DNA of 64,000 nt from a virus. The notes beneath the pieces were generated by a model. It was not told the DNA's origin. It did no database searches and saw only the letters and a list, made by a program, of their open reading frames with translations. This document shows, piece by piece, positions 37,606-47,208 of the stretch. Position 1 is the first letter of the stretch; every line of letters starts with the position of its first letter. Position numbers and translations under genes: made by a program. The stretch is taken from the IMG/VR virus record IMGVR_UViG_3300025018_000100; one strand, given 5' to 3'.

Positions 37606-40593
37606 TTAAGCGCTACGTAATACAGACGCTAGGCTGTACTGGCTACTTAGGGTTGGAGCAGTTGAAGTACCTACAGTTGTAAGTGGCTTCATATCGAAAC
37701 GAGTGCTCATGTAAACCGCAGTTACCTGCTGACGAGGATTATACTCGCTTTCAATTTCCATTGCACGACGTTCTGCAATCATAAATCCTGGCTTGTATAA
37801 TAATAGACCAATATGATCATCATTTGCACCTGCAGCGTCTAAGAACTCTGTAATCATTACAGGCATTCCATAAACAGCACCGATGCTACCAGTTAGATAG
37901 GTTGCGTTTGGTCCGTACTTATCAACGGTACGGAAATCAGAGGTCTGAACAAGTTCATTATAACCTTCGATTGTTGTTAAGTAAACTAAATCGTCACCTA
38001 ACTGTAATCCGTACTTACCAAGTTTAGCGCGTGCAGCAGCAATATTTGCTGGAGTAGCTGCTGTAGAAGCTCCACAGTTAACTCTTAATCCTGCAACATC
38101 ATTAGCAAGAGTAACAAGACCCTTCATAACAGATGCATAACCAGCACCAGGAGTAATTGCGTTAGTTGGGCTAGCATTAAACCCTGTTAGGGTTCCATCA
38201 CCACGAAGTAGTGACTTATCGATAGCACGAGCAACACGACGAGCAGCATCAGCTCTTAGGAAGTCAATAAGAGGAAGAACTGTATCTTCCTGCTCATCTT
38301 TCGCTAAATGAGTGGTCGCCATCCATTTGTGTGGAGTAAAGCGAACTGATGATATAGTATTCTGGTTACTAGTTGGAACACGAGTAGCATCATAAGCACC
38401 AGTCGCAAAGGTTCCGTTGGCAAACTGTGCTACATCACCGTCAACATCTTCATTAGTTACAGGAACATCGAAGCTCTTAGCATCTACTTGAATGCGTCGG
38501 AACATGGGCACGATAACTAATTGCTGTTGCATTTCTTCATAGACAGTGCTAGAAAAGTTGCTTAAGAACTGGTCAACAGTTGTAATGGCTTTCATTTTAG
38601 AACCAAAATTGGTGTCAAAAACTTGCTCGTTATTCTTACCAAGAGCCTTAGCAAGAAATACAGCATTAGCCATTTCTTTATCTGTGAATTGAGCCTTACG
38701 TGAAGGATCGTTATTTTGATTGTAGACCATCTTAGAATTTTGTAAGGCATTAACAAGCTCTTTCTGCTTCTTAATTTCTTGCATTAGTTCTTCAACTTGG
38801 TCGGATAAGCTTGTATCACCACGAATTTCTTCGTTATCAGCAGCTTTATTCATTGTTTGTTCGGTCTTATTTAGTAAGTCCTGAACTTGAGGTTCCTTAA
38901 CTTGAGCTACAGAATTTGGAGCATTCTCCGCTTTAGCGCCGGTGTTAACTACCATTGGTTCATCAACATTTTGAGTAGGCATATCTTTTTTCTCCTCTTG
39001 ACTCTCTGCCTTATGACCGTTTAAGATTAACTGTAAATTACGGTCGTCAGACTCGGGTAATCCCTTGAGAGCCTTAATTTTTTCAACTACTCTATTTGCT
39101 AGAGCGTAGTTAGTATCATTCCAATCTTTAAAATTGGTTGCAATTAAATTGTATGTGTTGTTTAAAGTAATTTGCTGTTCTTGTGTAGTAGCAGAAGACT
39201 TTAAATTATTTAGATCGATTTCTTTTAGATTTACATGTTCTACGAAACCTTTCTTAATTTCTTCTCTTTGTTTGTCTGTTAGGTTAGTTACTTTAGCGTG
39301 TTTAACCATTTTAATATCAAACTTAGTACCAATATCCCAGGTGTTAATTACAGAAAGATCAGTTGCTTTGATAGAAACAGCCTCTCCAATAACTTCACCT
39401 TCTACACTTACAGGTTCAACAATAAAGTTAGGGTTTGTTTGAGTAGCAATATTTTTAATCTTGTGTCGAGAACCATCAAGTTTGACAAAATCATCAGCTT
39501 TAAGTTCTCCGGTTGACATACTTAGTAAGTTAACAAAAGGAATAGCCTTATATGGGTCTGCTTGAGTCTCTTCATCTACGGTTTCTTTGATATTAGAATC
39601 TGTAGGAACAGAAGTATCAGTTTTAGTATTAGGTTGTTCTACTGCTGAGTTTTCGTTTTTATCTTCAACGTCAGCTTTTGTAGATTCACTATCATTAGTT
39701 TTTCCTTCTGTAGGAATTTCTAATTTAACTGTTTCTTCTGCCTGATTCATATCTTTAACTTCTGTTTCAGAAGCTTTATTTTCGGAATTAGGCATATTTT
39801 TATTCTCCTCGTCGGTAAGTAGTTCTTCAATATTATTGAAATTACTTTCAATTTCCATTTCTGGTAGTTTTGAAGAGTCCTTCCAAATTTGAACATCATG
39901 ACTATGACCATCTTCAGCAGATTTAATTTCATAATTAACTACATCGTGGTTATGTTTTTGGCCATGAGAGGTGTAAGTTGCGGTACCGTTACCATCCGCA
40001 TCTACTTCAAATGTATGATAGTGACCATCTTTATGAATTTCAGAAATTCCGGCCTTAACTACTGTTGTATCTTCGTTTTTATCAACAACTTCTTCTAAGA
40101 ATGATTTATAATCCTCATTGTTGTCAAAACTTTTACGAACACTAAACAGACTATCTTGATTACAAGGTACACTTACTATACTAATTTCTAGTAACTCTAG
40201 TTCTGTAATATAAGTGGTATCTGTTTTTCTATCATATCTAGCACGTTTTGGTCGAAATCCTACACTAAAAGCTTTTAAAGCACCGTCTCGAACTAATGTT
40301 CTAGTACCGTACTGTTTTTCAGCAGCTTCGCTGATATCAGCTTCTACGTGAATGCCCTTGTTATCAAGACGCATTTTTGTAACTTTACCAATCGGTTGAT
40401 CGTGTTTATGTTGAAGAAGAAGCACAGGGTTTTTTAAGTATTCCTGAGCACCTTTTGTCCAAGCGGAAGGAACAATGACGTCACCGGTTCTATCTCTTGA
40501 GACAGTATTTGCATATCCTGAGATACTTAAACCTTTACTTTGTTCAGTAGATTTAATTTCCATACTATCTAAATAGAGGGTTTTCTTTGACAT
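37606..40593 (-). CDS. Fused HK97-type prohead protease - scaffold - major capsid protein
   Basis: ISGYAN...DRTGD, LLQH, AFSVGF, LEISIVSVPCN protease motifs; C-terminal capsid (ARAKLGKYG, GAVYGMPV, IESEY). Confidence 0.9.
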   Translation of the reverse strand: MSKKTLYLDSMEIKSTEQSKGLSISGYANTVSRDRTGDVIVPSAWTKGAQEYLKNPVLLLQHKHDQPIGKVTKMRLDNKGIHVEADISEAAEKQYGTRTLVRDGALKAFSVGFRPKRARYDRKTDTTYITELELLEISIVSVPCNQDSLFSVRKSFDNNEDYKSFLEEVVDKNEDTTVVKAGISEIHKDGHYHTFEVDADGNGTATYTSHGQKHNHDVVNYEIKSAEDGHSHDVQIWKDSSKLPEMEIESNFNNIEELLTDEENKNMPNSENKASETEVKDMNQAEETVKLEIPTEGKTNDSESTKADVEDKNENSAVEQPNTKTDTSVPTDSNIKETVDEETQADPYKAIPFVNLLSMSTGELKADDFVKLDGSRHKIKNIATQTNPNFIVEPVSVEGEVIGEAVSIKATDLSVINTWDIGTKFDIKMVKHAKVTNLTDKQREEIKKGFVEHVNLKEIDLNNLKSSATTQEQQITLNNTYNLIATNFKDWNDTNYALANRVVEKIKALKGLPESDDRNLQLILNGHKAESQEEKKDMPTQNVDEPMVVNTGAKAENAPNSVAQVKEPQVQDLLNKTEQTMNKAADNEEIRGDTSLSDQVEELMQEIKKQKELVNALQNSKMVYNQNNDPSRKAQFTDKEMANAVFLAKALGKNNEQVFDTNFGSKMKAITTVDQFLSNFSSTVYEEMQQQLVIVPMFRRIQVDAKSFDVPVTNEDVDGDVAQFANGTFATGAYDATRVPTSNQNTISSVRFTPHKWMATTHLAKDEQEDTVLPLIDFLRADAARRVARAIDKSLLRGDGTLTGFNASPTNAITPGAGYASVMKGLVTLANDVAGLRVNCGASTAATPANIAAARAKLGKYGLQLGDDLVYLTTIEGYNELVQTSDFRTVDKYGPNATYLTGSIGAVYGMPVMITEFLDAAGANDDHIGLLLYKPGFMIAERRAMEIESEYNPRQQVTAVYMSTRFDMKPLTTVGTSTAPTLSSQYSLASVLRSA

Positions 40594-40595
40594 AT

Positions 40596-41876
40596 TTATC
40601 CTCTCTTTGAAATTGCCTTTCCATCTCCAGATTGGGGAGTAGTTGTACTAGTGCCTTCCGGCTTACCCCCTAAGGATGGATTGGTTGCGCTCCCTGTTAT
40701 ATTTTGAGGAACACGTAATTTATCACATTCTCCGTCTACCATACACTCAAGCCTGAGTTGTTCTCTAGCCTCATTAATGGTAGCTATACCAGTATTAACA
40801 AGAGTAGCCCAATATTGAGCTTGTGTTTTAGCATCAGGACGTAATGCATTTACTTCTAATTTATCTGGTTCTATATTCATATCAGGACCAAAAAAGTGCT
40901 CAAAAGAACTAGCAATCATGTTACAAATAGGTAAAATGGTGTGTTCATAAAGTAATTTTTGGTTTTGAGTAATATTTGCATTATTACCAGATTTTAACAG
41001 AACATAAGGAACGCCAATAGCCTTACTCATATCTTGTTGTAGTCTTTCAACACTATTTTCAAAATCCATTTCTCTGAAATTAATGTTACTAAATTTATCA
41101 ATTTTTAGCCCACCATCTAAGATGGCTGGATTTCTAGCACCATCGAAAATCGTAGTGTGAGTCATTTTCCATTGTTGAAGTAGTCTTTCTTTGATTTTCG
41201 TACTTAATACGTTTTCACTAGTTAAAACTACTCCAGGTACTGCATTGTTTTTAAAGAATTGTTGTTGAAATTTAATTAATTCGTAATATAATTTAATTAA
41301 CTGATCTACGCTTCTTAATCTACTAGCACCTCTATATATACTGTTTTGATTATCAAGTTTAATATGAATTATTTCATCTGGATTAAACATGACACGTCTT
41401 GACTCTCGGGTTCTTGGAGCTCTACCAAACACTTGAGATACTGCATCATTAGGATCACTAATTAAATATTCATAATGATGAATGTAAGTAGTTGGGTCGG
41501 GTATAATTTCTACATCGTTAGCAGGTAATATATAAATATGATTACCGTCATAGTAGAAAAATATATTTCCGTCTAGCATTAAATCTAATATAGCTCTTCT
41601 ATAGAATTTGTCTCTATCTTCAAAAGGGTTTGGACGTTTATTAATAAGTTTTGAAACTTTCTTAGTAGGTCCGTTACCTTCTACTCTGAAGGGGATATCT
41701 ACGACAGCACTAATAATAACTTCGATTGCTCTATGAATAACATCAATTTCTTCGTAGGCAATTTCATAATCGGTAATACTTTCAGGCCCTGCTGAAGGTT
41801 CTTTACCAAAAATTGAACTTTGTGCTGGATTGAGTTTATCAATAGTCCACAATCTAAAATTTTCAAGCATTCCCAT
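40596..41876 (-). CDS. Portal protein (HK97 family)
   Basis: RPNPF, DLMLDGN, EIIHIK, FFKNNAVPG, GIATINEAR. Confidence 0.93.
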   Translation of the reverse strand: MGMLENFRLWTIDKLNPAQSSIFGKEPSAGPESITDYEIAYEEIDVIHRAIEVIISAVVDIPFRVEGNGPTKKVSKLINKRPNPFEDRDKFYRRAILDLMLDGNIFFYYDGNHIYILPANDVEIIPDPTTYIHHYEYLISDPNDAVSQVFGRAPRTRESRRVMFNPDEIIHIKLDNQNSIYRGASRLRSVDQLIKLYYELIKFQQQFFKNNAVPGVVLTSENVLSTKIKERLLQQWKMTHTTIFDGARNPAILDGGLKIDKFSNINFREMDFENSVERLQQDMSKAIGVPYVLLKSGNNANITQNQKLLYEHTILPICNMIASSFEHFFGPDMNIEPDKLEVNALRPDAKTQAQYWATLVNTGIATINEAREQLRLECMVDGECDKLRVPQNITGSATNPSLGGKPEGTSTTTPQSGDGKAISKRG

Positions 41877-42255
41877 CTTGGTTTTGTCCTCTTTTTAACT
41901 CTATCCAATTCTTGACTTTTTTAGCCATAGTATTAGGATAAGTTTGTCCATAAATTGTATGAAGACGCAGATGGTGTGCTTTGCATAAAGTATAACAATG
42001 TTCTGGCGCTAACGGTTCTCTATTATCCTTGTAAAAGGCAACCCTAATAGAGTTCATTCCGTCTACTGTTTGCGTTTGCTCAACAGTAATATTATTCTGT
42101 TTACACCAAGTGTGAAATAAATCAGACACACTATATAAATGATGAAGTTCTAAATTATCAAGCGTCTTACAGATATAACACTCAGAACCTTTTTCATAAT
42201 CTTTCTTTATATAATCCCTGATCATTTTTACAGGTATTCTTTTAAGTTCTGTCAT
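41863..42255 (-). CDS. HNH endonuclease (T5 nicking-endonuclease-like)
   Basis: CYIC...LELHH...TLCKAHHLRLH; between terminase and portal as in T5. Confidence 0.8.
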   Translation of the reverse strand: MTELKRIPVKMIRDYIKKDYEKGSECYICKTLDNLELHHLYSVSDLFHTWCKQNNITVEQTQTVDGMNSIRVAFYKDNREPLAPEHCYTLCKAHHLRLHTIYGQTYPNTMAKKVKNWIELKRGQNQDGNA

Positions 42256-42332
42256 ATTTCTAACTCATATTATGCCACAATATAGTAATCTCGGCAATTT
42301 TTAAAATTTTATAAAAATGTCCTTACTACTTA

Positions 42333-42602
42333 TTATTTCTTTTTAAGAGTTGCTCTGTTTGTTTTAGGGTTATAGGAATATTGAGAAGGTTTACTTCCCT
42401 TACTATACTTAGCTGCTCTATCTTTAGCCCTAGCAGCTGGAGTCATTTTCCCTCTAGCTAAACCTTTCTTAGTAGGTTTAACAGTACCTTTTTTTAAATT
42501 ACCACTTTTTTGTAGACTAGAAGTAGCTATGGCTCTAGCTGAGCCAGCACTAAAACCTTTAGCTTTAAGCTGTCTTACTAATCTATCTAGAATTGCGGGC
42601 AT
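42333..42602 (-). CDS. Small highly basic protein
   Basis: AGGAG RBS; K/R/A-rich 89 aa. Confidence 0.7.
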   Translation of the reverse strand: MPAILDRLVRQLKAKGFSAGSARAIATSSLQKSGNLKKGTVKPTKKGLARGKMTPAARAKDRAAKYSKGSKPSQYSYNPKTNRATLKKK

Positions 42603-42666
42603 TATTTTTTTCTCCTAATATTTATATATATTACCAAAATTTTTGAACCACCGCAAATTTGATTTT

Positions 42667-43332
42667 TTAAAATTTATGAATCCTTCTGAAACTTTTTATA
42701 ACATCCCATCTTTTTTTATAATGAGCTGGATTGTCAGATAAAGACACATCTCCTTCAGGTAACATCTCTACTACCGCATATTCTACTTTATGTTTAACAT
42801 TGTATTTTTCTGATAATGATAAACTAATTAATATATCATCACCCCTGTCTGCATATCCAAAAGGTTTAATATACGTATCATATATAGATTTTATATTTTC
42901 AGTTCTAGTAACAATACAACTTCCTACAACTATATCTACGTCTTTTTTCACGCACCATACGTCTTGTAAGTCTTCATAACATGAAGCAGTTTCTATATTA
43001 TTTTTACCATATATTCCTACTAGAGAATGTGGATTATTTTCAGCAACATTTTTTAAATGCTCTATACTATCAATATCTACTAATAAATCATCATCCAATA
43101 AACATATATAATCAGAAGTTATGTTCATAGCTTGATGCCACCTTTCAATGCACCATTTATTTTTACTATTATTAATTACGCGTTCTACATGAGTAGGCTT
43201 TTTCATAATAATAGTGGGATTATTATTTATAATATGTATTTTTATTTTAGTTGAATAATAGTTTACTATTTTTGCTATATTAGCAAATCTTTTGTAATTT
43301 AAAACTACTAAAGTTATATTATCTAACTCCAT
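42667..43332 (-). CDS. GT-A glycosyltransferase
   Basis: VVLNYKR, ICLLDDD (DxD), RGDDI. Confidence 0.7.
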   Translation of the reverse strand: MELDNITLVVLNYKRFANIAKIVNYYSTKIKIHIINNNPTIIMKKPTHVERVINNSKNKWCIERWHQAMNITSDYICLLDDDLLVDIDSIEHLKNVAENNPHSLVGIYGKNNIETASCYEDLQDVWCVKKDVDIVVGSCIVTRTENIKSIYDTYIKPFGYADRGDDILISLSLSEKYNVKHKVEYAVVEMLPEGDVSLSDNPAHYKKRWDVIKSFRRIHKF

Positions 43333-44647
43333 ATATACCTACACCTGATCTGGAGTGAGAGTACATAGCATACCTAACTGCGTCATTATAGTGAGAGCTC
43401 CAGTCATGTAAAGGTTTTTGTTTTTCTGTTTTATCATTCCATCTATATGCGGCCATAGCAATAAATACTTGTTCACAGTTTTTATGGATTTCTAAATTAT
43501 TTGCTTGAATTAATACCTGGACATAGGCGATACTTTCTAGAACACTATGTTTAACCGCTGACTCACAATAAATATCATAGTCATAAGCTAAATCGGCTTT
43601 AGTTTGTGCCGCAGCCGCATCAATATAGATAGTTTCTATATTCCATTTATTTATTAATTCTTGTATTAATTCTGCGTGAACAGAAGTAGCACTTCCAGAA
43701 CCTGTATAATGATCTACAATCCTATATGTATCTCCCTTCACAGCTATAACTACGAAAGCTGTATGATCTCGAAACCCCATATCTAATCCAGCAATAATAT
43801 CCCAGCTTAAATCATAGTCGTCTGGATCACTATCAGTACTAATTAAGTGTACATCTTCGTCTAATTCATATATCTGCCCTTCGAATATTGTCCATTCACA
43901 AAAATATTCTTGCTGGAAAATATTATTAGGAAGAGTTTTTCTAGCTTCTTCAATATCTTTTTCTCTAAGTAATGGATTAGCTTTCCAAGTATATCTAGCA
44001 CTGCCCCAATCAGGATATTCAGATCCAAACTCAGGCTCTCCACGTAAAAAGTATTGATATAAATAATTCGATTTACCGCGTGGAGTACTAATAAATAAAG
44101 CTCTACTACCTTCATAAGTAGATAGGGCAGGACGTAAATCACGAGTAAAATATTCATCATCATCAATAATTGCAGCCTCGTCAACTATTAATAAATGAGC
44201 ACCACGACCGATTAGAGAGTCTCTGTTATTAGCTGATAGCAAACGAAATACGCTGCCATTAACTAATTGTACGACTTTGTCTTTTACGTTAAATCTAACA
44301 CATTCAATATCTAATTCTCTAATAAATTCAGTCACATAATCCCAAATAATACTAGATAGGGTAAAATTAGGAGCAACTACGGTTACATATTGTCCAGGTT
44401 CTAATAATTTAGCTAATGCAATGATAGCAGCGGCAAAACTCTTACCAGTACGGCGAGCACTTATATGTACCCAAAATCTTTTAGTTTCTAATCCTTCAAC
44501 CATAGCCCACTGACTTTCGTTAAATGATATTTTACCTTGTTTATCTTTATACCTAGCTGGTAACTTATCTAATAATTTTTCAATAGGAATTTTTATAAAC
44601 CTATCTTTAGGGTTATTTGGTATTGCTAAAACGTTACTATGCTCCAT
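43319..44647 (-). CDS. terL: Terminase large subunit
   Basis: SARRTGKS Walker A, LIVDEAA Walker B, FISTPRG, AGLDMG, SHYNDAVRY. Confidence 0.95.
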   Translation of the reverse strand: MEHSNVLAIPNNPKDRFIKIPIEKLLDKLPARYKDKQGKISFNESQWAMVEGLETKRFWVHISARRTGKSFAAAIIALAKLLEPGQYVTVVAPNFTLSSIIWDYVTEFIRELDIECVRFNVKDKVVQLVNGSVFRLLSANNRDSLIGRGAHLLIVDEAAIIDDDEYFTRDLRPALSTYEGSRALFISTPRGKSNYLYQYFLRGEPEFGSEYPDWGSARYTWKANPLLREKDIEEARKTLPNNIFQQEYFCEWTIFEGQIYELDEDVHLISTDSDPDDYDLSWDIIAGLDMGFRDHTAFVVIAVKGDTYRIVDHYTGSGSATSVHAELIQELINKWNIETIYIDAAAAQTKADLAYDYDIYCESAVKHSVLESIAYVQVLIQANNLEIHKNCEQVFIAMAAYRWNDKTEKQKPLHDWSSHYNDAVRYAMYSHSRSGVGIYGVR

Positions 44648-45203
44648 TAATTAATATTCCTCTCACTTCTGATGCCTTTATTTTTAAATATTCAAGCATT
44701 TCATTATCTGATGCTTTAGGCTTATGATTATCATCAATAACAATAGCTATTTCACCAATTAAATGTGGTGCAAATACAGGACAAGTAATTGAATAAGTAT
44801 TAAGCTTAATTTTATCCTTTGATACTATTGCGTACTGGTTAGCACCTTTTTTGGTGCATTTATTTTTTAAAAACTCTAAATAATAAGGCTGTTCAATGTT
44901 AGCCAAAACATTAACAAAGTCAGGTAAAATAGGATTCACATCTGAAAAGTAAGTTTCTGCTATCGCAGTAAAATAAATTTGTCCTATACCGTGTTTATCT
45001 TTAGAATATAGTATAAAAACTGTTCTTTTAATCCCTGAAAATTTATTATATATATCGTCAGTTATCTTTTGAATACTATGAACTTCTTTATGTGCTATAT
45101 TAAGTGTTCCATCTTCTATACTTCTTAATACAAGAATTCCTGCTATGGAAAGAGCAATTCCCCAGATAAATCCTATTGTTATTCCAAGTATTAGTCTATT
45201 CAT
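44637..45203 (-). CDS. Membrane protein with GAF-like domain (holin/antiholin-like)
   Basis: N-terminal TM; C...ITCPVF...IGEI pattern shared with neighbour. Confidence 0.5.
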   Translation of the reverse strand: MNRLILGITIGFIWGIALSIAGILVLRSIEDGTLNIAHKEVHSIQKITDDIYNKFSGIKRTVFILYSKDKHGIGQIYFTAIAETYFSDVNPILPDFVNVLANIEQPYYLEFLKNKCTKKGANQYAIVSKDKIKLNTYSITCPVFAPHLIGEIAIVIDDNHKPKASDNEMLEYLKIKASEVRGILINGA

Positions 45204-45892
45204 TAGAATACTTTCCTATCGTTAGAAACATAAGGGGCTAAGTTTTTTCCTACTTTTAATAATTTCTTTTCGATTTCTTCTTTAATTTCTGTTACATTAC
45301 CGGCATTAGTTATAAAATCTACTCCTACAAATCCTATTAATATATTTTCTTTATTATATAAAGGGCAGGTGTAAGTACTGGATATTCCTTGTTCTAATAA
45401 AGAATTGTTATAAGCATTATTTATTTCCTGCATATTAGTTATATAACTATAACATCTATGATTTATATATGCAGATGCTTTATCAGTATTAATGGAAATT
45501 GGTAGTTGTTGTAAATCCTGTATAGAATTAACTATACCAGGTCTAGTTATCATATGTGTTGCGCTTTGAAAAATAAAACTTAACCCATCTACACCTCTAG
45601 TACCATTATGAAACTTAAAAACATAAGTTCTGGCAGAGTTATTTACATCTCTCAATAATGTTTCTAAAATAACATTAATTCTTACACTATTTTCTATATC
45701 CTTAATTAAATCCTGTTGGGATATATAAGGATCTTTCAATAAAGAATATTGTCTAGAAAGATAATCAAAATTATCTACAGATAAATAAATTATAGACAAA
45801 CATAAACATGTTAATATAATAATAACAGCTTGTGCTAGCATTGTCATAATATGTGTCTCAGTAAGATAATTTAATAGTTTTTCCTTAAACAT
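45203..45892 (-). CDS. Holin, T4 T/T5-like (single TM + GAF-like domain)
   Basis: One N-terminal TM; RTYVFKFHNG, YTCPLYN...IGFVGVDF. Confidence 0.6.
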   Translation of the reverse strand: MFKEKLLNYLTETHIMTMLAQAVIIILTCLCLSIIYLSVDNFDYLSRQYSLLKDPYISQQDLIKDIENSVRINVILETLLRDVNNSARTYVFKFHNGTRGVDGLSFIFQSATHMITRPGIVNSIQDLQQLPISINTDKASAYINHRCYSYITNMQEINNAYNNSLLEQGISSTYTCPLYNKENILIGFVGVDFITNAGNVTEIKEEIEKKLLKVGKNLAPYVSNDRKVF

Positions 45893-45903
45893 GTTTTTTT
45901 CAA

Positions 45904-46554
45904 CTAGTTAAGGTATTTTAGTATATCCTTAACTAATTCGCTCCTAACTACATCGGTCTCACTAAACCCGACTATATTTACGCTTGAACATTCTCGTAAT
46001 TTACTTACTGCCCAAACTAATCCGTTGTCTGATCCTACTATATCTGATTGGGTTGGGTCACCGTTAATCATAACCTTAATATTTTCACCAAATCTAGTAA
46101 GAAACATTTTCATTTGGTCAACTGTGCTATTTTGAGCTTCATCAAATATTACTGCACAATTATTTAATGTTCTTCCTCGCATAAACGCTAAAGGAGCAAT
46201 TTCAATTTCACCAGTACTAATCATTTTATCTACTTTTTTAGGCCCCCACCTAGATTGAAGAGCATCAAATAGCGGTCTCATATAAGGATCCATTTTCTCT
46301 TCTAAGGTGCCAGGTAAGAATCCTAAGTTTTCTGTGGCTACATGTGGTCGTACTAATACCAATTTATTAATTTTGTTAGCTTCAAACTCTTTAGTAGCTC
46401 TATATACAGCTAAAAAACTTTTTCCTGTTCCAGCATGTCCAATACCTATTGTTACAGGAAATTCTTTCATACTCTCTAAGTAAAATGCTTGTTTATCATT
46501 TCTTGGACGGATATTCTTAACAAAATTAGTATTCTCATAATCTTTTTGATTCAA
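45904..46554 (-). CDS. phoH: PhoH-like ATPase
   Basis: GHAGTGKS, LGFLPG, LAFMRGRTL, DEAQN, GDPTQSD, DVVRS. Confidence 0.95.
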   Translation of the reverse strand: MNQKDYENTNFVKNIRPRNDKQAFYLESMKEFPVTIGIGHAGTGKSFLAVYRATKEFEANKINKLVLVRPHVATENLGFLPGTLEEKMDPYMRPLFDALQSRWGPKKVDKMISTGEIEIAPLAFMRGRTLNNCAVIFDEAQNSTVDQMKMFLTRFGENIKVMINGDPTQSDIVGSDNGLVWAVSKLRECSSVNIVGFSETDVVRSELVKDILKYLN

Positions 46555-46566
46555 TTAATTATCCTT

Positions 46567-47205
46567 TTAACTAGGCCACCCAGAGTATATATCTAAGTTT
46601 AGTAGTTCCTCTATGGAAGCAGAATCTATAATATCTTTAAGATTCCATGAATATTTATATATTTGTGATATTTTATTACTAACAGATAAACTCATAGTTA
46701 ACATTTCTTGGGGAGTTAATTTATGAGTTATATTATTACTGTCTCTAAAATCAATATGATTATTACTATTAATATTAGATAAGAATAAAGCATTAGCCCC
46801 CATAGCAGTAATATTTATAATATCTCTATCTGTAGCAGTATCTAAAATAGCAGTATTATTAGCAGTGGTAGAAGCTTCTACTCCTCTATTCAATAACTCT
46901 GTCCTATAATTATTAACTTTTTGTTTTAAACTATTTCGAATAGTTATCAAAGGTTTATATTGTTGAGTATGTGTCTTTATTACCTTATCGTTTTCTTCGT
47001 TATATGTTACAGATACTAAAGTATCAATAAAATCAGACTCAATGAAAGTACCAATAACTTCCTCTTTATAGACGTTTAAAGATCGTAATTTTTCTATACT
47101 AATATCTTCAAAATTATATCTAGTATTAGTATCTTTAAATATCTCTTTCAGTATACCTGATTTAGAGCTAGCTACTATTTTTTTATTTTTCACGTAGTGA
47201 AACAT
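46567..47205 (-). CDS. Tail fibre assembly-like protein (DUF4376-like)
   Basis: FRDSNN...LTPQEM...W-terminal pattern; follows fibre gene. Confidence 0.6.
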   Translation of the reverse strand: MFHYVKNKKIVASSKSGILKEIFKDTNTRYNFEDISIEKLRSLNVYKEEVIGTFIESDFIDTLVSVTYNEENDKVIKTHTQQYKPLITIRNSLKQKVNNYRTELLNRGVEASTTANNTAILDTATDRDIINITAMGANALFLSNINSNNHIDFRDSNNITHKLTPQEMLTMSLSVSNKISQIYKYSWNLKDIIDSASIEELLNLDIYSGWPS

Positions 47206-47208
47206 TTT

